A DNA stretch of 64,000 nt from an uncultured Nitrososphaeraceae archaeon (GCA_963765895.1 CAVXZB010000019.1:352001-416000), one strand, 5' to 3'. Positions 31,755 to 42,797 are shown, numbered from the stretch's first letter. A program made the numbers and translations. The notes: a model not told the origin generated them from the sequence alone.

Positions 31755-33053
31755 ATGGTCATTGCTAGTTCTGTTTATTTAGTCTTATCCGAGTTGGGCC
31801 TCGCCGCCTTTGGCGAAAACAACGAGCCAATATCCTCTATAAAATTTAATGATCCAGTAAGTGCTTTTAGGCTAATTCGAAGATCGGAAGCACCTGAAGA
31901 GCTTTTAGTTTTTATTAATAGACTAGATGGGTTTGAAACAGTACTTGTAAATGACCTAGCGATAAAGTCGATTCTAGAGAGACGTGGTATACGCAGTGAC
32001 GTGATGTCAAATGAGCTTATATCTAGATATCAAGCCAATAGACCAGAAATGCTAGTGAAGGCGAACTTGGCCGATAGCACATATGATGCGATAACTAGGC
32101 TGAGAGAATTTGCCATTTTGCTGTCATCTAATACGGTAAAGGAGACCTCCGAGCGCCTAGATCTACATTTGATTCAGTCTATCAATGCACTAGACGAGTT
32201 TGATAAACTTGTCAATGTCGTCGGCTCAAGACTACGCGAGTGGTATGGATTACATTTTCCTGAATTGGACAACCTAGTTCAAAGTCTTAATGCGTACGCT
32301 ATAATTGTTCGTGAAGCCGGTCAACGGGAGAATATAACTCGACAAATTTTGGAAAGTGCGGGAATGCAAGAAAAAAAGATCGATATTATATTGGATGCAA
32401 AAAAACGGAGTAAGGGTGGAGATATCGTCGAAAATAACCTCCAGATTGTTAAGAAGCTCGCCGATGAAGTTATTAGCCAATCTCGTTTACGTGATGTTCT
32501 CGCGGAACATGTGGAAGTCTTAATGACAGATTTGGCCCCAAATACAAAGGAATTATTGACTGCAACTGTAGGCGCAAGAATGATCGCTAAAGCCGGAAGC
32601 TTTACTAAGTTTGCGCACTTACCTGCCAGCACCGTTCAAATTTTGGGAGCAGAGAAGGCGCTGTTCAGATCACTGAAGACCGGAGCGAGACCGCCTAAAC
32701 ACGGCCTTTTGTTTCAACATCCCCTTATCCATTCTGCACCCAGATGGCAGCGTGGGAAGATTGCCAGAACTGTGGCTTCAAAAGTGTCAATAGTGGCAAG
32801 AATTGATCTTTATCGTCATGGTGAAAGGGACTATTCGATCCTCGACAAAATGAATTCAAGAATAGCAGAAATTCAAGAGAAATATAAGAACCCACCGTTG
32901 AATGAGAATAGTTTTGGAAAGTATCAAGAGATGGGTCATAGACCGTTTCGAGATCATCGAACAGGTGGTCCTGGCGGCAGAATGGGAAGAAAGGATAGTA
33001 GATCAAAAAGGAGAGACCGGCGACCGCACGGGAGAAAGAGGAAAAAATTCTAG
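31755..33053 (+). CDS. nop5: C/D sRNP protein Nop5 (Nop56/58)
   Basis: LREWYGLHFPEL, PASTVQILGAEKALF, PPKHG, RGKIAR; basic tail. Confidence 0.96.
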   Translation: MVIASSVYLVLSELGLAAFGENNEPISSIKFNDPVSAFRLIRRSEAPEELLVFINRLDGFETVLVNDLAIKSILERRGIRSDVMSNELISRYQANRPEMLVKANLADSTYDAITRLREFAILLSSNTVKETSERLDLHLIQSINALDEFDKLVNVVGSRLREWYGLHFPELDNLVQSLNAYAIIVREAGQRENITRQILESAGMQEKKIDIILDAKKRSKGGDIVENNLQIVKKLADEVISQSRLRDVLAEHVEVLMTDLAPNTKELLTATVGARMIAKAGSFTKFAHLPASTVQILGAEKALFRSLKTGARPPKHGLLFQHPLIHSAPRWQRGKIARTVASKVSIVARIDLYRHGERDYSILDKMNSRIAEIQEKYKNPPLNENSFGKYQEMGHRPFRDHRTGGPGGRMGRKDSRSKRRDRRPHGRKRKKF

Positions 33054-33135
33054 ACACGGTTCATTAATATACTTAAAGGCATGATCGATTTATAATTGAT
33101 TTAAGATCTGATTTGTATAATGCAGAGATTTATTT

Positions 33136-33804
33136 ATGAGTATTTGGATTAGAGTCGAAGGCCAAAAACAGCTGGCTACGCCAAACCTTGTTGCCGGTGA
33201 GAGCATATATGGGGAGAAGTTGGTGAAGCAAAGCAACCAAGAATATCGTGTGTGGGATCCTTTTAGAAGTAAGCTGGCGGCAGCCCTAAAGAATGGCCTA
33301 AGTGCAAATACAATTCGTCCCGGGACAACTATTCTCTACTTGGGTGCATCGACAGGGACGACAGTCAGTCATGTTTCAGATATAGTTGGAAATACCGGGT
33401 TAGTTTTTGCTGTGGAATTGGCGAGTAGGGTTGGTAGAGAACTCATAGAAAATGTTGCAAGGAAGAGGAAGAATGTGGTTCCGATATTGGAAGATGCTAG
33501 GAGACCAAATTCATACTTTTCAATTTTTGGAAGGGTAGATGTTCTATACTGTGATATAGCACAGCAAGATCAGACCGAGATAGCTATTCAGAATAGTCAA
33601 AGCTTTCTAAAAGATGGTGGTTCAATTTTTTTAATAGTGAAGACCAGAAGTATAGACGTTATAGCGAATCCTAAGTTAGTAATACGTGACCAAGCAAAGA
33701 AACTAGAAGATAATGGATTTTCTGTAGAACAAGTAATTAATCTCGAGCCCTTTGACAAGGATCATGCCATCATAAGGGCAACTTACGATCATGTGCAAAA
33801 CTGA
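33136..33804 (+). CDS. flpA: Fibrillarin 2'-O-methyltransferase
   Basis: YGEK, WDPFRSKLAA, LYLGASTGTTVSHVSD, DIAQ, LEPFDKDH. Confidence 0.97.
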   Translation: MSIWIRVEGQKQLATPNLVAGESIYGEKLVKQSNQEYRVWDPFRSKLAAALKNGLSANTIRPGTTILYLGASTGTTVSHVSDIVGNTGLVFAVELASRVGRELIENVARKRKNVVPILEDARRPNSYFSIFGRVDVLYCDIAQQDQTEIAIQNSQSFLKDGGSIFLIVKTRSIDVIANPKLVIRDQAKKLEDNGFSVEQVINLEPFDKDHAIIRATYDHVQN

Positions 33805-34481
33805 TCTAATTGATCCTGTGAAATCCCAGTAGATTCCTTTAGAATCAATTTTACTGGTCTCCAGGATTTTCTTACGAAAGCGGGGGCTTCACCAAATCTC
33901 AATACCCAGTCTTTTATGAAATTAATTGTAAGTTTATCTGAGGGATAGCCGCTACCAATGTTGCTATGAGTCTTTCTTATTTCATAAATTTCACTATCTC
34001 TTATAACCTTGGCAATAATCGATGCCGCAGAAACAACTGCATTTAGAGCATCCGCATGATGAAAGGAATATAGTTGATATACTCGACCACGGGCGATGTG
34101 CGTCTCTAACAACGATGTGTACCTTAATGGGTTTACGTCGCAGCAATCCACATACACATTGTCTGGTTGAATGTCGCTGATAACTGCTGCCATAGCCTCA
34201 GCCTCAAGTTTATTGAGTCCCCTTAGACGCACACTTTCGTCAATTTCGTTGGGACTTAACACGCACAGGCAGATATAGTCTGCTATCCCGACGATTTTGC
34301 TAAACAGCCGGCGGCGCGATGTTCTGGTTAGAGTCTTAGAGTCCCTGAGATTTAAACTTCTGACTAAGCGTAGCTTTGATTCCTTTACACCGATTCCAGC
34401 TACAACTAAGGGGCCAATAACCGAGCCACGACCGGCTTCGTCAACGCCAGCAATCAGTTTGTCCCGCCTATTTATGTTCAT
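33789..34481 (-). CDS. rnhB: Ribonuclease HII
   Basis: GVDEAGRG, DSK, VSAASIIAKV.RD, GSGYPSD, RKSW. Confidence 0.96.
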   Translation of the reverse strand: MNINRRDKLIAGVDEAGRGSVIGPLVVAGIGVKESKLRLVRSLNLRDSKTLTRTSRRRLFSKIVGIADYICLCVLSPNEIDESVRLRGLNKLEAEAMAAVISDIQPDNVYVDCCDVNPLRYTSLLETHIARGRVYQLYSFHHADALNAVVSAASIIAKVIRDSEIYEIRKTHSNIGSGYPSDKLTINFIKDWVLRFGEAPAFVRKSWRPVKLILKESTGISQDQLDQFCT

Positions 34482-34639
34482 ATAAACGAATGATAAATTG
34501 AGGTAACTGGTGAAACATATATTTTACGTATTAATATCACAATAGTGCTGTGATAGTAAGTGCATACCCTTGTTCCATGTGCAATCATCCAATTTCGTCT
34601 AATTACCGATACGATTATCAAAGTACACCCTGAGATCGA

Positions 34640-36002
34640 ATGGTAATTCAAGAGAATAATCAAGAATTTGTACAAATACAAGAAGAACAAACAAAGCTGT
34701 TAGTTCCCGTGTCATCGCTAACGGATGTAGTTCCATCAAAAAACCCGGCTTTTTTTAACAAGATGGCAAAGCTAAACCGAGATATTTCGATATTAGCATA
34801 TAGGGCTTTTGCTATAGAGGTTAAAGAATCCAGAAACCGATCAAATATGCTAAGTAATAACGGGTTTATGGAACTCTCAAATAACGAAGCAATCACGTTT
34901 GCGGACGCATTAAGCGGGACCGGTGCAAGGGCACTTAGAGTTGCAGTTGAGGCACCGGAAATTGCAGAAATATACATAAACGACATTAATCAACTGGCAG
35001 TAGATAATGCAAAATTGTCTGCAAAGATCAATAGCGTTGAGTATAAATGCTTTTTCAATTATAATGATGTTCACAAATTCTTAGCTGAACACAAAACGAA
35101 AGATGAAAGAAGGTTTGTGATTGCGGATTTAGATCCGTTCGGTAGTCCTACCCCCTATATCGACTCTTTATTACGATCGGTAAGGAACGGCGGTTTAATC
35201 TCGGTGACGGCTACAGATACTGCTGTGCTGTGTGGAGTATATCCAAAAGTATGCATCCGCAAGTACCTTGGAAGACCTATTAACAATGGTTTTTCAAATG
35301 AGACTGGAATACGGTTGCTTATATCTTTAATTTCGCTGATGGCTGCACGATTTGAATTTGTTGTAACGCCAATTTTTGTTCATGCGAATTTTCATTATCT
35401 TCGGGTTTACCTTACGATTGAGAGAAGCAGTAGCAAGGCAAATAAAATGCACGAAAACTTAGGATTTATTCAATATTGTTTCAGGTGTGGGAATAGAAAA
35501 AAAGTACCATTGAAACCTATCGCTTCTCAATTCGGCGTGGCAAAGGAGCACTGTGGCCTTTGTAGGGACGGCTTTTATGCAGTGGGAGGGCCCTTATGGG
35601 TCTCCACGCTCTTTGACAAGCAATATGTGAAAAAAATGAACGATCTGAGATCAACTGGCAGCAAATGTTGTTACTAGCGATAGTCCAGACATAAAGTTTG
35701 ACTACAACAATCAATTATTACATGAGGAAAAATTTTTAAGAGTGTCTCAGGAGCGACGAAAGAACAGTAGCATCGATCCTATACAGAAAAGTTTCGAAGT
35801 TGTGATCACAGAACTAGACTCTATTCCTTACTATTTTCGATCAGACGAGATATCATCTTATTTGAAAAGAAATCCTTTGCCGCTCAACTTAATACTAGAG
35901 AAGCTTGCCTCAAACGGATTCAATGCATCTAGAACAAGCCTAAACCCTGGAGCTTTCAAATCAGATGCACCACTATCCGAGATAATTAGTATTCTAAAAT
36001 AA
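34640..36002 (+). CDS. trm1: tRNA (guanine-26-N2)-dimethyltransferase; apparent +1 frameshift near 35647
   Basis: FFN....NRD, DALSGTGARALR, DLDPFGSP, TATD, E.G.R, GPLW; C-terminal ORF with GF.ASRT...FKSDA. Confidence 0.93.
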
Positions 36003-36156
36003 AAGGTTTCAAGTTGGCGTTTTGAAATTAAGTTTAATTTTATTCTCGCATAAGAAGTATGACAGAGTTATGTCTGCTCCTACCTGCTTTTGGTCTCTGC
36101 CTAGACCTTACCTCATGCTAAATCTATTATTTTAAATGACGTCTGAGATTCGATCA

Positions 36157-36396
36157 TCATAAGGGATTTGCTTTTTCCTTTAAAAATAGTAGTACCGCTC
36201 GGCCATTCGCCTCGCTGTAACAACCCCTAAACCTAAACCCCGCGTTGCGAATCATGCCCCCCACAAAATTGGAAAGGATCTGTTGGGGCTTTACTATTAA
36301 GAGCATCCCATAAGGACTGGTTTGAATGTCAGCATGGTAACCTTCGATGAGGATTTTTCCTAACAGTTCTATTGGTCTCATAGCGTGTTGAATCAA
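36157..36396 (-). CDS. Hypothetical protein
   Basis: 79-aa ORF, start uncertain. Confidence 0.45.
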   Translation of the reverse strand: MIQHAMRPIELLGKILIEGYHADIQTSPYGMLLIVKPQQILSNFVGGMIRNAGFRFRGCYSEANGRAVLLFLKEKANPL

Positions 36397-36892
36397 TGTG
36401 AGATAGTCGCTACTGATCTTTCCATTGTTGTAAAAAACCGCTTACTCTATCCGGATGCGCAATTAAGTCTAAATTAGTTTTCTTACCCATAAATTGGTAT
36501 TTATCACCAGGCGTAAAATGCCTATATATCAAGTTATGAGGAAAATTACCTTGTTGTGACAATTTTATTTTAATAGGTCGCGGCGGCTCGGAACAAAGGG
36601 TGTTTCAATTCAAGTGACATGACTACAATATATTCCCTTATTCTGACTGTGGGCTAGTTCAATGTCCAATCGAAATTCCAAGAGATTGGATTATCTTTAA
36701 CTTTAGTCTTCACGTGATGATATTAACCACTGAAGATTTTATTGTGAAATAAGGATGTACTGTGGACATAATTTAATATGGTTAACGGTATTATGTGAGA
36801 TCCTGAGGAGTAACAAATCTTGGATGCCAGATTTGATCACGGGATAGGAATAAATCCTACCGCCTGATACAAAGCCATGAATCGAAGAAGTC

Positions 36893-37681
36893 TTGTCCAA
36901 ACTTCAAGTAATTAACGTAAGCAAACAATTCCTAGATGTGAAAAATGGACACCATGTCTCAGCAATCGAAAATATAAGCCTCTCGATTGAGGAAGGCCAA
37001 TTCGTTTGCTTTGTAGGTCCATCGGGTTGCGGGAAATCCACACTCTTGAACATATTAGCAGGGCTGGATAGACCCACTAATGGACAGGTTGTACTGAATG
37101 GGCAAGTTGTTACAGAAACCGGTCCAGACAGAGTTATGGTATTTCAAGAAAACGCATTATTCCCTTGGCTCAAAGTTATTGATAACGTGGAGTTTGGACT
37201 AAAAATGGCCGGAGTGGAGAAGAAAAGGAGATTGGAGATATCAATGCGGTATCTTGATCTAATGCAACTGTCCAAATTTTCCAATCTATATACATATCAG
37301 CTATCTGGAGGTATGAAACAGAGAGTAGCGATCGCCAGAGCTCTCGTCACAGATCCTGAGGTGTTATTGATGGACGAACCATTCGCGGCATTGGATTCAC
37401 AAACAAGAGACCTTCTGTTAGTAGAATTACAGTTAATATGGGCAAAGACCAGAAAAACCATTGTATTTGTAACTCATAATATATTAGAATCTGTTTGCCT
37501 AGGTGACAAAGTAATTGTGTTTACCAGTAGGCCAGGTAAAATAAAGGCAGAGATCGCCGTTGACTATAGAAGGCCTAGACTGTCCGAAGACACCGAATTG
37601 CAGAGATATCAGAGAAAAATTCTCGAAGAGCTTAAATATGAGATAATCACCTCGCGGAAATCGGAGGACGAGACATTGTGA
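36893..37681 (+). CDS. NitT/TauT-type ABC transporter ATP-binding protein (no adjacent permease or SBP)
   Basis: GPSGCGKST, VFQENALFPW, LSGGMKQR, LLMDEPF, VTH. Confidence 0.95.
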   Translation: MSKLQVINVSKQFLDVKNGHHVSAIENISLSIEEGQFVCFVGPSGCGKSTLLNILAGLDRPTNGQVVLNGQVVTETGPDRVMVFQENALFPWLKVIDNVEFGLKMAGVEKKRRLEISMRYLDLMQLSKFSNLYTYQLSGGMKQRVAIARALVTDPEVLLMDEPFAALDSQTRDLLLVELQLIWAKTRKTIVFVTHNILESVCLGDKVIVFTSRPGKIKAEIAVDYRRPRLSEDTELQRYQRKILEELKYEIITSRKSEDETL

Positions 37682-37778
37682 CTTCGATTCGAATGGGGTC
37701 AAAATGGATCTTGATAGCATATAGACTCATTATTCGTAGAGCTAAATTTAGAGATTCTAAAGTGATCGAATGTTCATA

Positions 37779-38546
37779 TTACTTCTTTAGTTGTTCAAGA
37801 AGCCGTATGCCTGCGTTAAAATTGTTGGGTGATGTCAATAGGACTTCATCTGCTAGGCGACCGGCCTCCTTTATGAAATCGATTGGAGTGTCTTTGTAGC
37901 CAGCCCAATTCAAGCCTATGGTTTTTGCCGATGGTTCGTTCTTCTCAGAAGGTATCATAATACATGCTATCACCTTTATTTTGTTCCGATGTGAAACGTC
38001 GACAATGCTTCTTAGCGTCTCTAATGAATCAATTGATTGCGTGATGAAAGCATTTGGTTTCGCATCTATTTTTCTCTGAATGAGAGAGGATCTATCTATG
38101 CAATTTGGAATTGCCAAATCTAACTCAATATGCTTATTATATCCAATGTTACGTAGCGCAAGCATAGTTTCGCTGGGCCTGGCCACCGAGTATTTTGCGT
38201 TATTGCTAGAATCATCTCCCGCTACGAGCTGAATGCCCTTTATTCCCACTAGCAAAGCATCGGCTACAAATTGGCATATGGATAAGAAGCTTCGATCTCG
38301 GATCCTTAGAGTACAGGTCACCGGTAGCGAGTCTAGCTTTCTATTCATGCTTAGATGACCTGCTGTTACAATACCAGAGACTCTGGGTATCCCCAATACG
38401 GAATCGGTGAGATGAATACCATCGACCAATCCGTTCAAAAGTTCGGCCCTCTTTCGGAAGCGATCCATCCTTTCTATAAGCAATGGTAGGTTAAACGATC
38501 CATTCATCTTAATTTTTGGAGGATTTAATTCATATTTTAACTTCAT
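37779..38546 (-). CDS. Methylenetetrahydrofolate reductase-like protein
   Basis: YELNPPK, HLTDS.LG.PR, RDRS, VAGD, KIDA..FITQ. Confidence 0.78.
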   Translation of the reverse strand: MKLKYELNPPKIKMNGSFNLPLLIERMDRFRKRAELLNGLVDGIHLTDSVLGIPRVSGIVTAGHLSMNRKLDSLPVTCTLRIRDRSFLSICQFVADALLVGIKGIQLVAGDDSSNNAKYSVARPSETMLALRNIGYNKHIELDLAIPNCIDRSSLIQRKIDAKPNAFITQSIDSLETLRSIVDVSHRNKIKVIACIMIPSEKNEPSAKTIGLNWAGYKDTPIDFIKEAGRLADEVLLTSPNNFNAGIRLLEQLKK

Positions 38547-38854
38547 AACTTAAGCTTATGGATTCATGATCTCCAGGCCGTATTATTAAATGCGACGCAT
38601 TATCTAGCTTCGACAGCATATTTATATGGTTGCTTAAACTAATGCCAAAATCGGGGTGACTAGATAATTGGTGATGACATTATCCCTGCTAATAAACACT
38701 CCATTGGCTTATCGGTAGTCTTGGCCTAGTCAGTTTAATTCTTGGAAAACCATCTTACTTTAGGAAGAATTTCTCAAAAGGAATAGCATATCCAGTAGAT
38801 GAACGCAAGACATTTGTATTATGCTGCTTATAAATAGCCGCTACATTTCTTACT

Positions 38855-39505
38855 TTGTTGCCCACTCCAAACGAATTAATGCAGAGGATAGGGGATATTC
38901 TTATACGTGATGCTATGCATGTGGAACCAAAAAAAGCCAGCATGACTTATGCGTCAGTGTTGGTAATAATTCATTATCATGGTGCTACTCCGCATATTAT
39001 TCTTACCAAGCGGAGCACTAGCGTTCGATTACATGGTGGCGAAGTTTGTTTTCCCGGAGGGGGATATGACCCTGCTGAAGATAAAAATTTACTTGACACC
39101 GCAATTAGAGAAACGAATGAGGAATTAGGGCTATTGTTAAATACAGCAGATATAATTGGGAGGCTCCAACCGGTAAAAACCTTAACCTCTAATTTCATAA
39201 TATATCCATTTGTAACAATTAAACTAACCGTGGCCAGCCCTAAGTCCTTATCAGCTGAGGTAGAGAAGGTAATAGATGCTCCACTCTACAGGGTACTGGA
39301 TAGTATCACCCCGGATCTCCGCTACTCTAATCTTTCTTCAAAGAGCCATTTATACAAATTTAAATTTAAAGAAGAGATTGTATGGGGGGCTACATCTCGG
39401 ATACTAAAACAGCTGCACGACTGTCTGTACAAAAAAGTCATGCAAAATAGACTTGTGAATGGAAACTGGATACCTTATTATTTTAATGCCAGCTGCCTGA
39501 TATGA
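38855..39505 (+). CDS. Nudix hydrolase, CoA pyrophosphatase type
   Basis: LTKRS...HGGEVCFPGG, TAIRETNEELG, WGATSRIL. Confidence 0.9.
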   Translation: MLPTPNELMQRIGDILIRDAMHVEPKKASMTYASVLVIIHYHGATPHIILTKRSTSVRLHGGEVCFPGGGYDPAEDKNLLDTAIRETNEELGLLLNTADIIGRLQPVKTLTSNFIIYPFVTIKLTVASPKSLSAEVEKVIDAPLYRVLDSITPDLRYSNLSSKSHLYKFKFKEEIVWGATSRILKQLHDCLYKKVMQNRLVNGNWIPYYFNASCLI

Positions 39506-39612
39506 ATAACCCTGATTCGGAAGCTAATCATTATCGATCAGAGATGGTTGACGAGTTCTCAGAATGGATTAACGTGTAAAAATTTAAAGGATAGGAGATC
39601 GTAAGTTCACAA

Positions 39613-39840
39613 ATGTTATGCAGATCATGCGGAAATGAGATGAATGCATTCGAATATTGTACGTCCTGCAATGAAGCAATACTGTGGAAATGTAGTAGGT
39701 GTGAGAGGGAGAACGATAAGTCAATTCATTCTCGTTGCAAAACAGTTGCAGCCAATATTTCCAGTATAGCTTTAGTTCTCCAAACCGCCATGACGGCAGC
39801 CTGTATATCTGGACTGGCCGGGATGACAAGTTTGTGTTAA
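39613..39840 (+). CDS. Small zinc-finger protein with hydrophobic tail
   Basis: CRSC, CTSC, CSRC, HxxC. Confidence 0.7.
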   Translation: MLCRSCGNEMNAFEYCTSCNEAILWKCSRCERENDKSIHSRCKTVAANISSIALVLQTAMTAACISGLAGMTSLC

Positions 39841-39918
39841 TACATATCAATTAAATACTAAGCAGATTCCACTATTTAGAATTAATTTGTCGTCGTCGGT
39901 ATACATGAGCTTTGGCTG

Positions 39919-39938
39919 TCTGCCGCTGGCAGATTTTT
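39919..39938 (+). terminator. Hairpin plus T run (possible terminator)
   Basis: TCTGCC-GCT-GGCAGA-TTTTT downstream of the Zn-finger ORF. Confidence 0.35.
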
Positions 39939-40003
39939 GTTTAAATTTCCTTGAGAGTTGCATCTAAAAGACGTTGAGAGACTAAGCCGCGCCCAAAAGG
40001 CGG

Positions 40004-40020
40004 TACGCTTATGTAGCGTA
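40004..40020. promoter_or_regulatory. Palindrome overlapping the likely TATA box of ubiD
   Basis: TACGCT-TATGT-AGCGTA, ~27 nt before ATG 40039. Confidence 0.45.
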
Positions 40021-40026
40021 AGCTGA

Positions 40027-41499
40027 GTGATGAGACTAATGCCGTTTGAGAGTCTTGAAGAATTCGTATTAGCTCTTGAAAAAGCACACGAGCTTAGGCG
40101 GATACAAACGAAGGTTAGTACTGAATTAGAGATTGCTGAAATAATGCGCAGATTGATGTATGACCGCGGGCATCATCAACCAGCTGTTCTCTTTGAGAAT
40201 ATCGAAGGATATTCCATACCAGTCTTGGGAAACGCCTTTGGATCGATGAGGAGGCTCCAGATAGCACTGGAAACTGAGGATTTTTCTGAGATAGGGAATC
40301 GCATTGTGGATCTTACAAAAATGAAGATGCCGGAAGGAGTACTAAACAAAATAAAGATGCTACCGAAATTATCAGAGATAGCAGATTATGGTCCCAGAAT
40401 TGTGGAATCTGGTCCTGTTACCGACATAATCAGGAACGAAAAAGAATCATCATTAAACTCGTTGCCAATTCTAAGATCGTTCTCCGGAGACGCGGGAAAA
40501 TTTATAACATTTGGTTTGACCGTTTCTAAACACCCAGAAAGCGAAGTACGAAATTTAGGTGTGTACAGGATTCAGATCCTTGACCAGAAAAAAGGGTTAA
40601 TGCATTGGCAGATTCACAAACGTGGTGCTCAGCATTTAGAGATTTCTAAGGAACAGAAGAAGAAGATTGAAGTTGCGATCGTTATCGGGGCAGATCCAGC
40701 TACAATTTTTGCTGCGGTCGCGCCCGTTCCGGAGGGAATGGATAAATTCCTATTTGCAGGCATTACAAGAAAAAAAGGTACAAAACTAGTAAAATGTCGG
40801 ACTGTAAACCTGGAAGTGCCTGCAAATGCAGATATTGTTCTGGAAGGATTTGTCGATCCCGATGAAACAAGAATGGAGGGGCCTTTTGGTGATCATACAG
40901 GCTATTATACACCTCCGGAGCCGTATCCGGTTTTTAATCTTACAGGGATTATGCAAAAGAGAAATCCCGTTTATTTGACAACAGTTGTAGGCAAACCAAT
41001 CTTGGAAGATGCGTATATAGGCAAGGTAATTGAACGCTCATTTTTGCCACTGATAAAGATGTTTCAGCCCGAAGTTATTGACTTTTCAATGCCACCTGCT
41101 GGATGGTTTCAAGGGCTTGGAATAGTGTCAATTAAAAAGCGATACCCCGGTCAGGCAAAGAAGGTCATGATGGGACTCTGGGGACTTGGACAACTGGCCC
41201 TGACCAAAATGTTTGTCGTAGTCGACTATGATATAGACGTGCAGAATTTAGATGACGTTTTATGGGCATTGACGACTCGAGCGGATCCACGAAGGGATAC
41301 AGTGATAATCGACTTTACACCGACGGATAGCCTCGATCCAGCCTCACCACTTTTGAATCTTGGATCAAAGCTAGGGATTGATGCGACTACCAAATGGAAA
41401 GAGGAAGGGTATAACAGAGAGATGCAACAGTTGGCAAGGGTCGATCATAAGACAAAGGAATACGTCAACAGTAGATGGAAAGAATATGGATTTGAATAA
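40027..41499 (+). CDS. ubiD: UbiD-family decarboxylase (menaquinone/SCO4490-like)
   Basis: RNLGVYR, MHWQIHK, EGPFGDHTGYY, KKRYPGQAKK, LDPAS, GIDAT. Confidence 0.92.
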   Translation: MMRLMPFESLEEFVLALEKAHELRRIQTKVSTELEIAEIMRRLMYDRGHHQPAVLFENIEGYSIPVLGNAFGSMRRLQIALETEDFSEIGNRIVDLTKMKMPEGVLNKIKMLPKLSEIADYGPRIVESGPVTDIIRNEKESSLNSLPILRSFSGDAGKFITFGLTVSKHPESEVRNLGVYRIQILDQKKGLMHWQIHKRGAQHLEISKEQKKKIEVAIVIGADPATIFAAVAPVPEGMDKFLFAGITRKKGTKLVKCRTVNLEVPANADIVLEGFVDPDETRMEGPFGDHTGYYTPPEPYPVFNLTGIMQKRNPVYLTTVVGKPILEDAYIGKVIERSFLPLIKMFQPEVIDFSMPPAGWFQGLGIVSIKKRYPGQAKKVMMGLWGLGQLALTKMFVVVDYDIDVQNLDDVLWALTTRADPRRDTVIIDFTPTDSLDPASPLLNLGSKLGIDATTKWKEEGYNREMQQLARVDHKTKEYVNSRWKEYGFE

Positions 41500-41654
41500 A
41501 ACAGATTGTAATCCTCTACATTCGAATATTATGCGACTAAATATGACACTTTTGATTATTAGAAAGATACAACATCATAGTTGTAAAATGGATCGTATCG
41601 AAAGGTAAGTCCGCTATAAACTCTGTGGTTTGGCTTTCATACATATGTTAATCT

Positions 41655-41685
41655 CTAGGATTCTCGCCTAGGATTCTCGCCTAGG
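41655..41685. repeat. 13-bp tandem repeat (2.4 copies)
   Basis: CTAGGATTCTCGC CTAGGATTCTCGC CTAGG. Confidence 0.9.
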
Positions 41686-41921
41686 TTAATTAACAATAAT
41701 TGCTGTAGAATCGTGATTCATCGCGCTCAAATTTGTAGAGTTCAAGTAGGTGGACGAGATCAGGGTGTGAAATCGGGGTTCCGAGACTCGGGGCCAATAC
41801 GGATTTGCGTAAATGATCGTTGTAGCGGCAATAAATTGAACTTTATGACCATTCTCTTTCTAGTTAAGCCTCTAAAGTTTGAGAAGTAGTATGGATTGAA
41901 AAAGCCTTTTATATCGTCTAC

Positions 41922-42530
41922 TTGGTGATCTCCAATATGGCAAGTGAGGTAAAGGGAAAAGTTCCAAAAATCGTTGCATTAGAAGTTATCGAAAAGAACG
42001 GTGTTAATGTCGAAAGATTAAAGGAGCTAATTACGAAAGGAGTTGGCGCTGAATTTACCACATACTATTACTATACAATACTGAGGATGCATTGTACTGG
42101 TTTAGAAGGCGAAGGAATAAAAGAGATCGTCGAAGACGCTCGTATCGAGGATAGGAACCACTTCGAAGCAATGGTGCCTAGACTATATGAATTGGGAGGT
42201 GGCCTTCCGAAAGATATTAGAAAATTTGCAGATCAGGCAGGCTGTCCAGACGCATATTTGCCAGATAATTGGGAAGATATAAATTCGATTCTCAAGGTTC
42301 TGCTAGAGGCAGAGCAGTGTGCTATCAGATCGTGGGGCGAAGTCTGCGACATGACTGCAGGAAAAGATCCAAGGACATATGATATTGCACAGAGGATTAT
42401 GCAAGAGGAAGTTGAACATGAAGCATGGTTTATTGAGCTTTTGTCCAAGAGACCGTCTGGTCACTATAGAAGGAAATTTGTAGGTCAATCTCCGCACACT
42501 GGCACTCAAGGAAGCCTGATCCATTTATAA
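41922..42530 (+). CDS. dps: Dps-like (DpsL/thioferritin) protein
   Basis: [45 protein letters not shown]. Confidence 0.92.
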   Translation: MVISNMASEVKGKVPKIVALEVIEKNGVNVERLKELITKGVGAEFTTYYYYTILRMHCTGLEGEGIKEIVEDARIEDRNHFEAMVPRLYELGGGLPKDIRKFADQAGCPDAYLPDNWEDINSILKVLLEAEQCAIRSWGEVCDMTAGKDPRTYDIAQRIMQEEVEHEAWFIELLSKRPSGHYRRKFVGQSPHTGTQGSLIHL

Positions 42531-42797
42531 ACAAGGCCAAGTCTAAACGAGATCTTGAATTCAAAAGAATCGTTATTTTTTATTTTGTGATGATCGACTA
42601 TTCTTCCGCTGAGTGAAGCGATTTATTACTGGGAATCACTTTGATTTGGTCACTAATCGATTTTATTAGTTAAGGAATTTGATATTGCACTCCAGCCTTA
42701 GACGTAATTCTTATTTGTAGACATTGGTTCAAAGTCGGCAAATAAAAGTTAGGTAATTCTTTATATGAGGATATTTGTATTACGGGTGAGCTAAAAA

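Noticed and set aside
36714-36772. C/D-box sRNA candidate (GTGATGA...CTGA)
   Set aside because: The guide is only 9 nt, with no convincing C' or D box and no identifiable target.
42586-42632. C/D-box sRNA candidate downstream of dps
   Set aside because: C and D' boxes are present but C' and D are degenerate, and no target was recognised.
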